This document shows, one piece after another, positions 7,447 to 17,173 of a stretch of DNA of 47,628 bases. The translations under genes were made by a program, and so were the position numbers. The notes below the pieces were generated by a model. The model was given only the letters and a program-made list of their open reading frames with translations. It did no database searches and was not told the DNA's origin. The stretch spans positions 1-47,628 of the forward strand of contig JAZUAQ010000049.1 in NCBI GenBank assembly GCA_045638085.1. The letters run 5' to 3'. Every line of letters begins with the position of its first letter. Within the stretch, counting starts at the first letter, position 1. This stretch comes from Oscillospiraceae bacterium. GTDB taxonomy: Bacteria > Bacillota > Clostridia > Oscillospirales > Oscillospiraceae.

Positions 7447-8397
7447 ATGAAAGCGAAAATTTGCCTCAGCGTTTCCAAGCTGGACTCCGCTTTTGAAAAA
7501 ATGTATGAAGAGCTCAAAAAGTATGCAGATATTGATGTTGTGGGACTTGATGGCTTTTCCCTTGAGGGCTATGACATTTTTATCGGCAAGAAGTTGAGCG
7601 CCGAAACTCTTGCCACCGCCGATCGCCTCAAGGCCGTTTTTGCATACAAAACAGGCGTTGACGACTTCCCCCTCTCCGCCATGGATGAAATGGGTATCAC
7701 TCTCGTCAATTCCCATGTTGACGCCAAATATATTGCCGAATATTCCATCAGCCTCGGCATGAGCCTTCTCAACCGCATAACCGAAAGCGACAAAAAACTC
7801 CGCAAGGGCATCTGGCGCGACAGCAAGAATCCCTATTGGACCAGTATATTTGATGTTAAAATCGGTCTCCTCGGCTACGGTCATATTGGCAGGAGCATCA
7901 ACAAGGTCCTCCGACATAACTTCATTGAGACATACACCATTGACCGCGGCAAGGAATATGACGATATCCAGCTCGTTTCCTCTCTTGACGAGCTTTGCGA
8001 AAAGACAGACCTCATCGTTATCTCTCTGCCCAAAACCCCGGAGACGAACTGTCTTTTCGACGAGCGCAGGCTCAGACTTATGAAGGACAAATATATCGTC
8101 AATGTGGGAAGAAGCAACTGCATTGATCAGAAGGCTCTTTACGATGCCCTCAGCAGCGGCAATCTTGCAGGCGCGGCCATCGACACATGGGACTCCAAGC
8201 CCAAGGATATGAACGAACGTCTTATCCCCTATGAATACCCCTTTGAAACTCTCGATAATATCGTTCTCTCCCCCCATCAGGCAATGCAGGTTGAAGACGG
8301 ACACGTGAGATATGTTTTCGACATTATTCTGAAGGTTATTGCCTACATCACCGACGGAAGTCTCACCGATGTTGTTGACCTCAAAAAAGGATATTAA
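7447..8397 (+). CDS. D-isomer-specific 2-hydroxyacid dehydrogenase family protein
   Basis: NAD-binding motif GLLGYGHIGRS. Catalytic-region motifs VNVGRSNCID, AAIDTW and SPHQA. The start lies 1 nt after the kdgK stop (translational coupling). Confidence 0.85.
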   Translation: MKAKICLSVSKLDSAFEKMYEELKKYADIDVVGLDGFSLEGYDIFIGKKLSAETLATADRLKAVFAYKTGVDDFPLSAMDEMGITLVNSHVDAKYIAEYSISLGMSLLNRITESDKKLRKGIWRDSKNPYWTSIFDVKIGLLGYGHIGRSINKVLRHNFIETYTIDRGKEYDDIQLVSSLDELCEKTDLIVISLPKTPETNCLFDERRLRLMKDKYIVNVGRSNCIDQKALYDALSSGNLAGAAIDTWDSKPKDMNERLIPYEYPFETLDNIVLSPHQAMQVEDGHVRYVFDIILKVIAYITDGSLTDVVDLKKGY

Positions 8398-8431
8398 GAA
8401 AAGAACCCTCCTTGCGGAGGGTTCTTTTCTT
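8396..8431. terminator. bidirectional terminator between convergent genes
   Basis: Perfect 16-bp stem AAGAAAAGAACCCTCC / GGAGGGTTCTTTTCTT with a TTGC loop. The A/T-rich stem ends serve both strands. Confidence 0.85.
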
Positions 8432-8432
8432 A

Positions 8433-9620
8433 TCAGAAGTAAAGCATGGGGTCTACGCAGCCGCCGTTTACCCTTATCTCAAAATGAATGTGTGGTCCGT
8501 TGGATGCGCCCGTCGATCCAACATAGCCAATGACCTGCCCCCTGCTCACCTGCTGCCCCGTTGTCACCGCAAGGGAACTCATATGTCCGTACAACGTAGT
8601 TGTGCCGTTAGGGTGGTATATGGCCACATAGGTTCCGTAGCCGGTAGAGCCGTAGTCCAGCACCGCAATGCTCACAGTACCATCGGCTGCAGCCGTTATT
8701 GCGCTGCCATAGCTTGCTCCTATATCAACTCCTGTATGAGGCTTAAGTTCTCCATAAATGGGATGGATGCGGGGTCCGAAGGGGGAGGTTATATAGCTTG
8801 TGTAGCTGGGCCAACTGTAATAGCCAGTGGAGGGTACTCCGCCCCAACCCCACTGATTTTTTGCAGCCTCCTCCGCCTCCTGCTGTTTCCGAAGCTCCTC
8901 GGCCTTTTCGTCAATGAGCTTCTGTACCGAGGCCATTTCCGCGTCCACAGCTTCAAGATAGGAGTTATAGCTTTCTATGTCCTGCTCAAGAGCGCTGATT
9001 ATTTTTGCGGAGGCTTCTATTTTTTCCGCAAGAGCGCTTTCCCGCTCGCGAAGCTCCGCCTGCTTTTCGATAAGCCTCCCCTGAAGGGCTATATATTCAA
9101 GGAGAGCCGCTTCCGCCTTCTCACGGGAGGCAATATATTCCTCACGCAAATCGCCGTCAAAACGCATTATATCCGATATATCAGAAAGGCGAGAAAGAAA
9201 GCCTGATATGCTGTCAGCACCAAAGATATAGTTTACATAATTCCATTTGCTATGCTCTTCCATATCTCTCACGCGGGAAAGATAGAGTTCATAATGGCTC
9301 TCTTCCTGACGTTTTGCCTCCTCCGCCACCTCTTTCTTATCAGCTACAAGGCTATTATAAATTGCTATTTCCTCTTCAAGAAGCAAAATATCCTGACGGA
9401 GGATGGCGCTCTGTTCATCCAAAGCAGCCTTCCTTTCAAGGGCGGCATCCAAGCTGTCTTCAAGAGCCTTCAGCTGCTCATCTATGTTCTCTTCGCTTTC
9501 TTTCAGCGCATCGCGCTGCTGCTCAAGAGCGTCTATCTCCGCCTGCGTTACAGCAAGCGCGGGGAAAGCTGTGAGGCAAAGGCATATGCATAACACGGCA
9601 CACAAAATCTTTTTTCGCAT
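8433..9620 (-). CDS. secreted coiled-coil M23 (LytM-type) peptidoglycan metalloendopeptidase
   Basis: Signal peptide, then about 230 aa of heptad-like E/A/L/K-rich sequence. The C-terminal domain carries HTGVDIGASYGS and GPHIHFEIRVNG (the HxxxD and HxH zinc motifs). Confidence 0.9.
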   Translation of the reverse strand: MRKKILCAVLCICLCLTAFPALAVTQAEIDALEQQRDALKESEENIDEQLKALEDSLDAALERKAALDEQSAILRQDILLLEEEIAIYNSLVADKKEVAEEAKRQEESHYELYLSRVRDMEEHSKWNYVNYIFGADSISGFLSRLSDISDIMRFDGDLREEYIASREKAEAALLEYIALQGRLIEKQAELRERESALAEKIEASAKIISALEQDIESYNSYLEAVDAEMASVQKLIDEKAEELRKQQEAEEAAKNQWGWGGVPSTGYYSWPSYTSYITSPFGPRIHPIYGELKPHTGVDIGASYGSAITAAADGTVSIAVLDYGSTGYGTYVAIYHPNGTTTLYGHMSSLAVTTGQQVSRGQVIGYVGSTGASNGPHIHFEIRVNGGCVDPMLYF

Positions 9621-9734
9621 TTTCTTATCTCCTTAGCTGTCTTATCTACCTTTATTTTCCACCTCCTTTGCATCAAAAGTGATTAAAATATGCATCATAT
9701 ATGTAGCCGAAACAACAGAAAATAAAGTAATTTA

Positions 9735-9763
9735 TTGACGGAAAAAATTTTAGCTGATATACT
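9735..9763 (+). promoter_or_regulatory. sigma-A-type promoter for glnA
   Basis: TTGACG (9735-9740), 17-nt spacer, TATACT (9758-9763). It ends 38 nt before the ATG. Confidence 0.55.
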
Positions 9764-9801
9764 GATTTGTGATTTTTGAAATATAAAAAAGGAGTGTTAT
9801 C

Positions 9802-11226
9802 ATGGCAAAAACCGTACAGGAAATCCTTGATTTCATCAAAGAAAACGACATTAAAATGGTGGACTTCAAAATGGTTGATATTAACGGCCAGTTTCGCCAT
9901 GTCACCATCCCCGCAGTCAGCTTCACCGAGGAACTCATGACCGTCGGCGTAGGCTTCGACGCCTCCAACTACGGCTACGCTGTTGTTGAAAAGAGCGACA
10001 TGGTCTTCATCCCCGACCCTGACACTGCTGCCATCGATCCCTTCTGCGAGATTCCCACCCTCTCCATGACCGGCAACGCCATGATAATCGACTATCCCCA
10101 GAACCGTCCTCTGGCTCAGTACCCGAGAAACATTGTTCTGGCAGCTGAAAAATATATGCGCGAACTGGGCATCGCCGACACCATGTACATTCTCCCCGAG
10201 TTTGAGTTCTATCTCTTCGACCGCGTTGGCTGGGATGTCCGTCCCAATGCAATGGGTATGGAGATCGACGCAAACCAGTCTCACTGGAACACTGCCGTTG
10301 AAGGTCTTGGTGTAACTGTCGCAAAGCAGAAGAACTACCACATTGCAAAGCCCTTTGACACCACCTATGAGTGCCGCAGTGAGATGGTTATGCTTATGGA
10401 AGAAGCAGGCATCCCCATCAAGTACCATCACCCCGAAGTCGGTGCATCCGGTCAGTTCGAAATCGAGCCCATGCTCGGCGTAATGAGCACTATGGCCGAT
10501 GCCACTATGATGATTAAGTACATCATCCACAACACCGCCCTCAAGTATGGCAAGAGCGCAACCTTTATGCCCAAGCCCGTTTACGGCGAGGCCGGCAGCG
10601 GTATGCACGTTCACATGCTCCTCATGAAGGACGGCGAGCCTGTTTTCTCCGATGACAACGGCTACTCCCACCTGAGCAAGGAAGCTCATTGGTTCATGGG
10701 CGGCCTGCTCAAGCACATCAATGCTCTCTGCGCAATCACTAACCCCTCCACCAACTCCTTCAAACGCCTTGTTCCCGGCTTTGAGGCTCCCGTAACCGTT
10801 GGCTATGCAACCAGCAACCGTTCTGCAGTTATCCGCATTCCCGCCTACGCAAAGAGCCCCAAGTCCCGCCGCTTTGAGCTGCCCAACCCCGATGCCACCT
10901 GCAACCCCTACTTCTGCTATGCAGCACTGCTGATGGCAGGTCTTGACGGTATCATCAATCAGATCGATCCTCACGCCAACGGCTGGGGCCCCTACGATAT
11001 GAACCTCTATCACCTCCCCGAGGAGGAAAAGGCAAAGCTTCAGCAGCTGCCCACCTCTCTTGATGCCGCTCTCGATGCTCTCGAGGCTGACCACGACTTC
11101 CTCACCGCAGGCGGGGTATTCCCCGAGGAGCTCATTTCCAACTTTATCAAGACCAAGCGCGCAGAATGCCGCGAGATGGCTGCCATCCCCACTCCCGCTG
11201 AATTCGACAGATACTACAATCTCTAA
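9802..11226 (+). CDS. glnA: glutamine synthetase type I (long, GSI-beta-like form)
   Basis: 474 aa, collinear with enterobacterial GlnA as I recall it. Motifs seen: KPVYGEAGSGMHVHM (ATP-site signature), NSFKRLVPGFEAP, SNRSAVIRIP and NLYHLPEEE (equivalent of the adenylylation loop). Confidence 0.95.
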   Translation: MAKTVQEILDFIKENDIKMVDFKMVDINGQFRHVTIPAVSFTEELMTVGVGFDASNYGYAVVEKSDMVFIPDPDTAAIDPFCEIPTLSMTGNAMIIDYPQNRPLAQYPRNIVLAAEKYMRELGIADTMYILPEFEFYLFDRVGWDVRPNAMGMEIDANQSHWNTAVEGLGVTVAKQKNYHIAKPFDTTYECRSEMVMLMEEAGIPIKYHHPEVGASGQFEIEPMLGVMSTMADATMMIKYIIHNTALKYGKSATFMPKPVYGEAGSGMHVHMLLMKDGEPVFSDDNGYSHLSKEAHWFMGGLLKHINALCAITNPSTNSFKRLVPGFEAPVTVGYATSNRSAVIRIPAYAKSPKSRRFELPNPDATCNPYFCYAALLMAGLDGIINQIDPHANGWGPYDMNLYHLPEEEKAKLQQLPTSLDAALDALEADHDFLTAGGVFPEELISNFIKTKRAECREMAAIPTPAEFDRYYNL

Positions 11227-11233
11227 TATGCAT

Positions 11234-11273
11234 AAAAAAAGCTGAGGATACCTTGCGGTATCCTCAGTTTTTT
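11234..11273. terminator. bidirectional terminator between glnA and the MATE gene
   Basis: CTGAGGATACC (11242-11252) / GGTATCCTCAG (11257-11267) with a TTGC loop, flanked by A7 and T6 runs. Confidence 0.85.
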
Positions 11274-12630
11274 ATGCTTCGGCCTTTATTTCCTTTATCC
11301 ATTTCCATGAGAAATAGCGATACATACAAATCAAGCCTTTAAGGGGAAATTCCATTCGCAACACAAAATATACCCAAACGCTGTTCCAGCCCAGCACCAG
11401 ACCACCCAACGCACCGAGGGGCAATGAAAGTAACCAAAGCAGAGCGCTATCCGCCATAAGGATAAAGCGAGTATCTCCACCTCCGCGAAGAATTCCCTTG
11501 GAGGAAACATAGGCGTTCGTCTGCAAGGGCATGAAGAAGCAGTTAACGAGGAACATACCGTGGCAGAGAGCGAGGGTTTCGGATGAAACATCATAAAAGC
11601 TCAAGTAAGGCTTTTCAAGCAAGAGGAGCACAGGAATAAGCAATGCACCAAAAACAAGGCTTATGAGCATATAACTGTTGCCCTCTCGTTTGGTTTTAGC
11701 AATATCTCCGCTTCCTATTGTGTTGCCGATTGCGATTGCGGAAGCTCCGCCCATTGCCATATTCAGAGAATAGGTTACCTGAACGGCGCTGTTCACTATT
11801 GAGCAGGCAGCAGAGAATTCCGCTCCCATATGACCCACAATGACAAAGGTTACGGTCAGGCTCAGTCCAAGCAGGGTATCGCTGATGAGAACGGGAACGG
11901 AATATTTAACATACTGCTTCCAAAGCGTCTCGGAGCGCTGAAGAAAATGGCGAAGACGGAACGCAAAGCGGTCATCCCTAATCACAAAATAACCGAAGAC
12001 GAAGAGGAATTCAAAGGCTCTTGCTATAAGTGTTCCGACAGCGGCGCCCACAATTTCCATTCTGGGGGCGCCCAATTTTCCGAATATGAAAACCCAGTTG
12101 AAGAAAAGATTCAGCACAAATGCAATTGCAGAGCCTATAAGAGGCACTTTAACGTTTCCAACGCTGCGTAGGAGATAGGTTGCCGTTGAAGAAAGACCCG
12201 CCATTACAAAGGTCATTCCTACAATGCGCATATATCCCGAGCCAACTTTTATAACTTCCGCATCCGGGGTAAAAATGCGGACTATGAGACCGGGAAACGC
12301 AACGGAAAACGCGGTGAAGACTACACAGAACACGATTGACACTCGCAGAGCGATAGCGGCAACGGTGCGCATTGCTTCCCTCTCTCCTCTTCCCCAAAAC
12401 TGGGAGGACATTACAATCGCTCCCGAGCCCAGACCCATACAGATAAACTGGAAAAGAGAATAGAATTGGTTACCGAAGGCTGCAGCGGCTATCTGCGTTT
12501 CTCCGAAGCCGCCAACCATCAGGTTATCCAGAAAGTTTATGCCGATGGTTATCATCTGCTGCAATATTATTGGCAGCATAAGCACTATCGTCTTTTTGAA
12601 AAAGGGTCTTGTCAGTTCAAGATGCTTCAT
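11272..12630 (-). CDS. MATE-family multidrug/toxic-compound efflux transporter
   Basis: 452 aa with about 12 TM segments. The N-terminus (TIVLMLPIILQQMITIGINFLDNLMVGGFG) is typical of MatE repeats. Confidence 0.9.
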   Translation of the reverse strand: MKHLELTRPFFKKTIVLMLPIILQQMITIGINFLDNLMVGGFGETQIAAAAFGNQFYSLFQFICMGLGSGAIVMSSQFWGRGEREAMRTVAAIALRVSIVFCVVFTAFSVAFPGLIVRIFTPDAEVIKVGSGYMRIVGMTFVMAGLSSTATYLLRSVGNVKVPLIGSAIAFVLNLFFNWVFIFGKLGAPRMEIVGAAVGTLIARAFEFLFVFGYFVIRDDRFAFRLRHFLQRSETLWKQYVKYSVPVLISDTLLGLSLTVTFVIVGHMGAEFSAACSIVNSAVQVTYSLNMAMGGASAIAIGNTIGSGDIAKTKREGNSYMLISLVFGALLIPVLLLLEKPYLSFYDVSSETLALCHGMFLVNCFFMPLQTNAYVSSKGILRGGGDTRFILMADSALLWLLSLPLGALGGLVLGWNSVWVYFVLRMEFPLKGLICMYRYFSWKWIKEIKAEA

Positions 12631-12661
12631 TTTTACCCACTCTCAATCAGTTATTAATACT

Positions 12662-12690
12662 ATGATACTACAGCGCTTTCACGGTTTCAA
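12662..12690 (-). promoter_or_regulatory. promoter for the MATE gene
   Basis: On the minus strand: TTGAAA (12690-12685), 17-nt spacer, TATCAT (12667-12662). Confidence 0.5.
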
Positions 12691-12704
12691 TATAAGTATA
12701 TAGC

Positions 12705-12742
12705 CAAAAAAGCACCGCATTTTTTCATTGCGGTGCTTTTTT
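12705..12742 (-). terminator. terminator after engB (usable in both directions)
   Basis: AGCACCGCA (12711-12719) / TGCGGTGCT (12729-12737), flanked by an A-run and a T-run. Confidence 0.75.
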
Positions 12743-12744
12743 AT

Positions 12745-13326
12745 TCAGCAATATTCCATTATCTTGCCGAGAAGCTCGTCTCTGCCGTTGCCTTTTTCTG
12801 CGGAGAAGGGTATCACCTTCACGCTTTCGTCAAGCTGCAGAGTTTCTCTTATGCGCTGCATATTGGGCTCAATCTCGCTCTTTTTAAGCTTATCAATTTT
12901 GTTTGCCACAATAACAAGATTGCACTGAGTGGATTTGAACCACTCGGCCATTGTGCAGTCGTCAGCGGTGGGTTTATGGCGGGAGTCAACAATCATAACA
13001 CCCAAGGTTATAAGCTCAGGCTCCTCGAAAAAACGCTCCATAAGCGCACCCCAACGGTCACGCTCATCCTTGCTGACCTTTGCATAGCCATAGCCGGGGA
13101 GGTCAACAAAGTAAGCAGTTTTATCGATGAGGAAATAATTCACATGGATGGTCTTGCCGGGCTGGGCACCTACGCGGGCAAAGTTCTTGCGGTTCAAGAG
13201 CTTATTTATAACGGAGGACTTGCCTACGTTACTCTTACCGGAAAAAACTATAGTGGGGCGGCTGTCGCGGATAAAGCCTGAAGCAGATGCCGCGGACTTG
13301 ATAAATTCCACATTATGCAGATTCAT
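12745..13326 (-). CDS. engB: ribosome-biogenesis GTPase EngB/YsxC/YihA
   Basis: G1 motif GKSNVGKSS, G3 motif DLPGYG, G4 motif NKIDK. Located 8 nt downstream of lon, the usual Firmicute position. Confidence 0.95.
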   Translation of the reverse strand: MNLHNVEFIKSAASASGFIRDSRPTIVFSGKSNVGKSSVINKLLNRKNFARVGAQPGKTIHVNYFLIDKTAYFVDLPGYGYAKVSKDERDRWGALMERFFEEPELITLGVMIVDSRHKPTADDCTMAEWFKSTQCNLVIVANKIDKLKKSEIEPNMQRIRETLQLDESVKVIPFSAEKGNGRDELLGKIMEYC

Positions 13327-13334
13327 ACTCTCAC

Positions 13335-15761
13335 CTACTGTCTGATGCCGCGACGGGCAGCATCGCTATTTTCGGGAATGGGCATAACGGGAGTCTCCTC
13401 CCCTGCCGCTGCGCTTTCTGCGACAACACTGCGGATAAGTACGGTATCGATTATCTTGTCCACATGGTCGGTGGTAATGAAGTTCAATGCTGCGCGGACT
13501 GTCTTGTCGATTTCCTGCAAATCCTTCTCGTTTTCGGAAGGAATAATGACGGTGTTAATACCGGTGCGGAGGGCAGCCATAGTTTTTTCCTTAAGACCGC
13601 CAATGGCCATAACTCTTCCGCGAAGGCTGATTTCACCGGTCATGGCGATATCTCTGCGTACGGGTGCGCCGGTAAGGGCAGAGATAAGGGCGACGGTGAT
13701 GGTTATACCTGCGGAAGGACCATCCTTGGGTATTGCACCCTCAGGGAAATGGATATGGATATCCTTGGTCTTATAGAAATCGCTCTCAATGCCGAGGGTT
13801 TTGGCGCGGGAGCGTATATAGCTCACTGCAGCCTTGGCACTTTCCTGCATAACCTGACCGATATTGCCGGTAAGCTCAAGCTTGCCGCTGCCTTCCATAA
13901 CGCTTACTTCAACGTCCAAAACCTCACCACCAACAGAGGTCCAGGCGAGACCGCGTACGAGACCAACCTCATCACGGGGATAAAGCTTATCGGCCTTGAA
14001 CTTTGCAACGCCAAGGAAGCTTTCAAGACCACCGGCCTTGATGCTTACACTCTTGCGCTGACCTTCCGCAATAATGCGTGCGGTCTTGCGGCAGACGGCT
14101 GCAATTTCGCGCTCCAGAACGCGGACACCCGACTCACGGGTATAGTCTGCGATTATCTCGCGGATTGCATCATCGCTGAGTTTAAGGTTGCGGGCAGTGA
14201 GACCATGCTTTTTTCTCTGCTTGGGAAGAAGATGGTCCTTTGCTATCTGCAGCTTTTCCTCATCGGTGTAGCTAGAAAGCTCTATAACCTCCATTCTGTC
14301 CAGAAGGGCTCTGGGAATGGTGGAGGTGGTGTTTGCTGTGGTAATAAAGAAAACTTCGCCCAAATCAACAGGGATTTCCAGGAAGTTATCGCGGAAAGAG
14401 CCATTCTGCTCTCCGTCAAGAGCTTCAAGCAGCGCTGCGGAGGGGTCTCCCTTATAGTCGCTGCCCAGCTTATCAATCTCATCCAACACCATGACGGGGT
14501 TCATGCTTCCCGCCTGCTGCAGACCTGAAATGAGGCGTCCGGGCATTGCTCCAACATAGGTTTTTCTGTGGCCGCGGATTTCTGCTTCATCATGTACGCC
14601 GCCGAGAGAAATACGTGCCATCTTTCTGTTGGTTGCGCGGGCGATGCTCATTGCAACGCTGGTTTTACCAACACCGGGAGGGCCTACAAGGCAGAGAACG
14701 CTGCCCTTCAGATTGGGGGCAAGCTGGCGCACTGCAAGATATTCAATAATGCGGTCCTTGACCTTTTCAAGACCGAAATGATCCTCATCAAGGCACTTCT
14801 TTGCCTTTTCGATATCAGTGGTATCCTCGGTGCGGCTATTCCAGGGCATTTCAATGCAAACATCCAGATAAGTGCGAAGCACCGCACCCTCGCTGCTGCC
14901 AAAAGGCTGCTTTGCAAGGCGTCCAAGCTCCTTAAGAAGCTTTGTTTCAGTCTCCTTGGGAAGGGCAAGGGCAAGAATCTTTTCCTTATACTCGCCTATC
15001 TCATCCCCGGACTCTTCAAAGCCTTCGCCTCCCAGCTCACGCTGGATAACTCTCATCTGCTCGCGGAGATAATAGTCTCGCTGAGCGCGGTTCATCTCTT
15101 CCTTGGTTACCTCTTCGATGCTTTTCTCAAGGCTGAGAATATTAATCTCTCTGTTGAGAATGCGATTGAGGGTCTCCACACGGCGGAGAGGACGCAGTTC
15201 ATCCAGAATCTCCTGCTTTTCGCTGTGCTTGAGGAAAACGTTCTGGGCAATATAGTCGGCAACATAGCCGGGGTCATTGCTGTCCACAACGCTGAGGAAA
15301 GTCTCGGGGGGCACAGATCCGACTATCTCAGAATATTCATCGAAAAGATTAATGCAGCTGCGCACAAGAGCCTCAACCTTGGGGGTAACGGAGGCAAGCT
15401 TGGTCTCGGGAAGCTTTTCAACGGTTGCGTTGAAGCAGGGTCTGCTCTCCTCAATGCTCATGGCACGGGCGCGGCATTTGCCCTCTACCATAACTTTGAC
15501 AATATTGCTGCCGGGAATTTTAAGCACCTGATGAATGGTGCAAACGGTGCCGATGTTATAGAGGTCATTTGCCTTGGGCACAGCGGTGGCGATTTCCTTC
15601 TGAGTTACAAGGAAAATCTCCTGCTCGGCACCGATTGCCGCATTCAGTGCGGCAACGGAAAATGCGCGCTCAACATCAAAGTTCACCATCATACCGGGGA
15701 AAACTGTGATTCCGCGGAGGGGCAGCAGGGGCATTGTGGAAATATTTTTATTATAGTCCAT
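13335..15761 (-). CDS. lon: ATP-dependent Lon protease (LonA)
   Basis: 808 aa. Lon N-domain PLLPLRGITVFPGM, Walker A GPPGVGKTS, protease-domain motif PKDGPSAG. Confidence 0.97.
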   Translation of the reverse strand: MDYNKNISTMPLLPLRGITVFPGMMVNFDVERAFSVAALNAAIGAEQEIFLVTQKEIATAVPKANDLYNIGTVCTIHQVLKIPGSNIVKVMVEGKCRARAMSIEESRPCFNATVEKLPETKLASVTPKVEALVRSCINLFDEYSEIVGSVPPETFLSVVDSNDPGYVADYIAQNVFLKHSEKQEILDELRPLRRVETLNRILNREINILSLEKSIEEVTKEEMNRAQRDYYLREQMRVIQRELGGEGFEESGDEIGEYKEKILALALPKETETKLLKELGRLAKQPFGSSEGAVLRTYLDVCIEMPWNSRTEDTTDIEKAKKCLDEDHFGLEKVKDRIIEYLAVRQLAPNLKGSVLCLVGPPGVGKTSVAMSIARATNRKMARISLGGVHDEAEIRGHRKTYVGAMPGRLISGLQQAGSMNPVMVLDEIDKLGSDYKGDPSAALLEALDGEQNGSFRDNFLEIPVDLGEVFFITTANTTSTIPRALLDRMEVIELSSYTDEEKLQIAKDHLLPKQRKKHGLTARNLKLSDDAIREIIADYTRESGVRVLEREIAAVCRKTARIIAEGQRKSVSIKAGGLESFLGVAKFKADKLYPRDEVGLVRGLAWTSVGGEVLDVEVSVMEGSGKLELTGNIGQVMQESAKAAVSYIRSRAKTLGIESDFYKTKDIHIHFPEGAIPKDGPSAGITITVALISALTGAPVRRDIAMTGEISLRGRVMAIGGLKEKTMAALRTGINTVIIPSENEKDLQEIDKTVRAALNFITTDHVDKIIDTVLIRSVVAESAAAGEETPVMPIPENSDAARRGIRQ

Positions 15762-15784
15762 AATATTCCTCCTTCCTGAGGGGT

Positions 15785-15813
15785 AAAAAGGCAGAGCGGG
15801 TTAGCGCTCCGCC
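15785..15813 (-). terminator. hairpin plus U-tract between clpX and lon (terminator/attenuator)
   Basis: Minus-strand RNA forms GGCGGAGCG / CGCUCUGCC (9 bp, one G-U) followed by UUUUU. No promoter motif is seen between it and the lon RBS. Confidence 0.5.
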
Positions 15814-15822
15814 TCAATAGTT

Positions 15823-17079
15823 TCAGTTATCGCTGTTTCTTATTATTTCGGGCTCTGAGCCGTTTTTCACGCAATCGGCGGTTATACGTACGCTTTCGAT
15901 GCTCTCATCGGAGGGCACGTCAAACATCACGCCGGTCATAATGCTCTCCATAACAGAGCGAAGGCCACGGGCGCCTATTTCCTTCTCAATTGCCTTATCG
16001 GCAATTGCGCCGAGAGCCTCATCATCAAAGATAAGTTCAACATCGTCCATTGCCATCAGAGCCTTATACTGGCGGGTGAGGGCATTTCTGGGCTCGGTGA
16101 GAATCCTGACAAGATCCTCCTTGCTCAGAGAGTTAAGGGGCGTGACAACCGGCAGGCGGCCAATAAGCTCGGGGATTATGCCAAATCGGAGAAGATCCTG
16201 CTGCTGGATATGCTGCAGGGTTTCACCCACATTTCTCTCCTTGCTGCTCTTTATATCAGCGCCAAAGCCCATGCTCTTTTTATCCAGACGCTGCTCGATT
16301 ATCTTTTCAATGCCGTCAAAAGCGCCGCCGCAGATAAACATTATGTTGCTTGTGTCAATTGTAATAAACTCCTGATGGGGATGCTTTCTTCCGCCCTGAG
16401 GAGGAACATTGGCAACAGTGCCTTCAAGAATCTTAAGCAGAGCCTGCTGGACACCCTCACCGGAAACATCGCGGGTGATGGAGGTATTCTCGCTCTTGCG
16501 GGAAATTTTGTTCATCTCGTCAATATAGATAATACCGCGCTGAGCTCTCTCAACATCGAAGTCAGCAGCCTGAAGCAAGCGGAGCAGGATATTTTCAACA
16601 TCCTCACCTACATAACCCGCCTCAGTAAGAGTGGTTGCATCGGCTATTGCGAAAGGTACATCAAGCATTTTTGCCATTGTCTGGGCAAAAAGGGTTTTTC
16701 CGCTTCCTGTGGGTCCCACAAGGAGTATGTTGCTCTTCTGAAGCTCAACATCACTGTCCTCAGCACCGTGGAGAATACGCTTATAGTGGTTATAAACCGC
16801 AACGCTAAGAGCAATTTTTGCCTTGTCCTGTCCAATTATATAGTCGTCGAGGGCAGCTTTTATCTGGGCGGGCTTGGGAAGATCATCCATGCTCATGTCT
16901 ATGCTTTCATAGCCCGCATCGTAGCTGTTATCCTCAAAATCGTAATTTTCATCAATAATGCCCATGCACAGACGCACGCACTCATCGCAGATATAGCTGC
17001 CGTTTCCGGCTATCATGCGCTTGGTCTGGTCCTGGGTTCTTCCGCAGAAGGAGCATCTTATGCTGTCATGTCCGGCCAT
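15823..17079 (-). CDS. clpX: ATP-dependent Clp protease ATP-binding subunit ClpX
   Basis: N-terminal zinc finger CSFCGR...CDEC. Walker A GPTGSGKT. 418 aa. Confidence 0.97.
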   Translation of the reverse strand: MAGHDSIRCSFCGRTQDQTKRMIAGNGSYICDECVRLCMGIIDENYDFEDNSYDAGYESIDMSMDDLPKPAQIKAALDDYIIGQDKAKIALSVAVYNHYKRILHGAEDSDVELQKSNILLVGPTGSGKTLFAQTMAKMLDVPFAIADATTLTEAGYVGEDVENILLRLLQAADFDVERAQRGIIYIDEMNKISRKSENTSITRDVSGEGVQQALLKILEGTVANVPPQGGRKHPHQEFITIDTSNIMFICGGAFDGIEKIIEQRLDKKSMGFGADIKSSKERNVGETLQHIQQQDLLRFGIIPELIGRLPVVTPLNSLSKEDLVRILTEPRNALTRQYKALMAMDDVELIFDDEALGAIADKAIEKEIGARGLRSVMESIMTGVMFDVPSDESIESVRITADCVKNGSEPEIIRNSDN

Positions 17080-17173
17080 TTGCAGTCTCCTTGAGTTTGA
17101 AAAAATGCTTTTTAAAAAGTCTCCAAAATATGCATTTGGGGGGGTATTGAAAAATACCCCCCAAACACACTAT

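Noticed and set aside
9621-9801. GlnR/TnrA box, T-box or glutamine riboswitch upstream of glnA
   Set aside because: There is no TGTNA-N7-TNACA match. The leader is only about 38 nt after the predicted -10, which is too short for a riboswitch or T-box.
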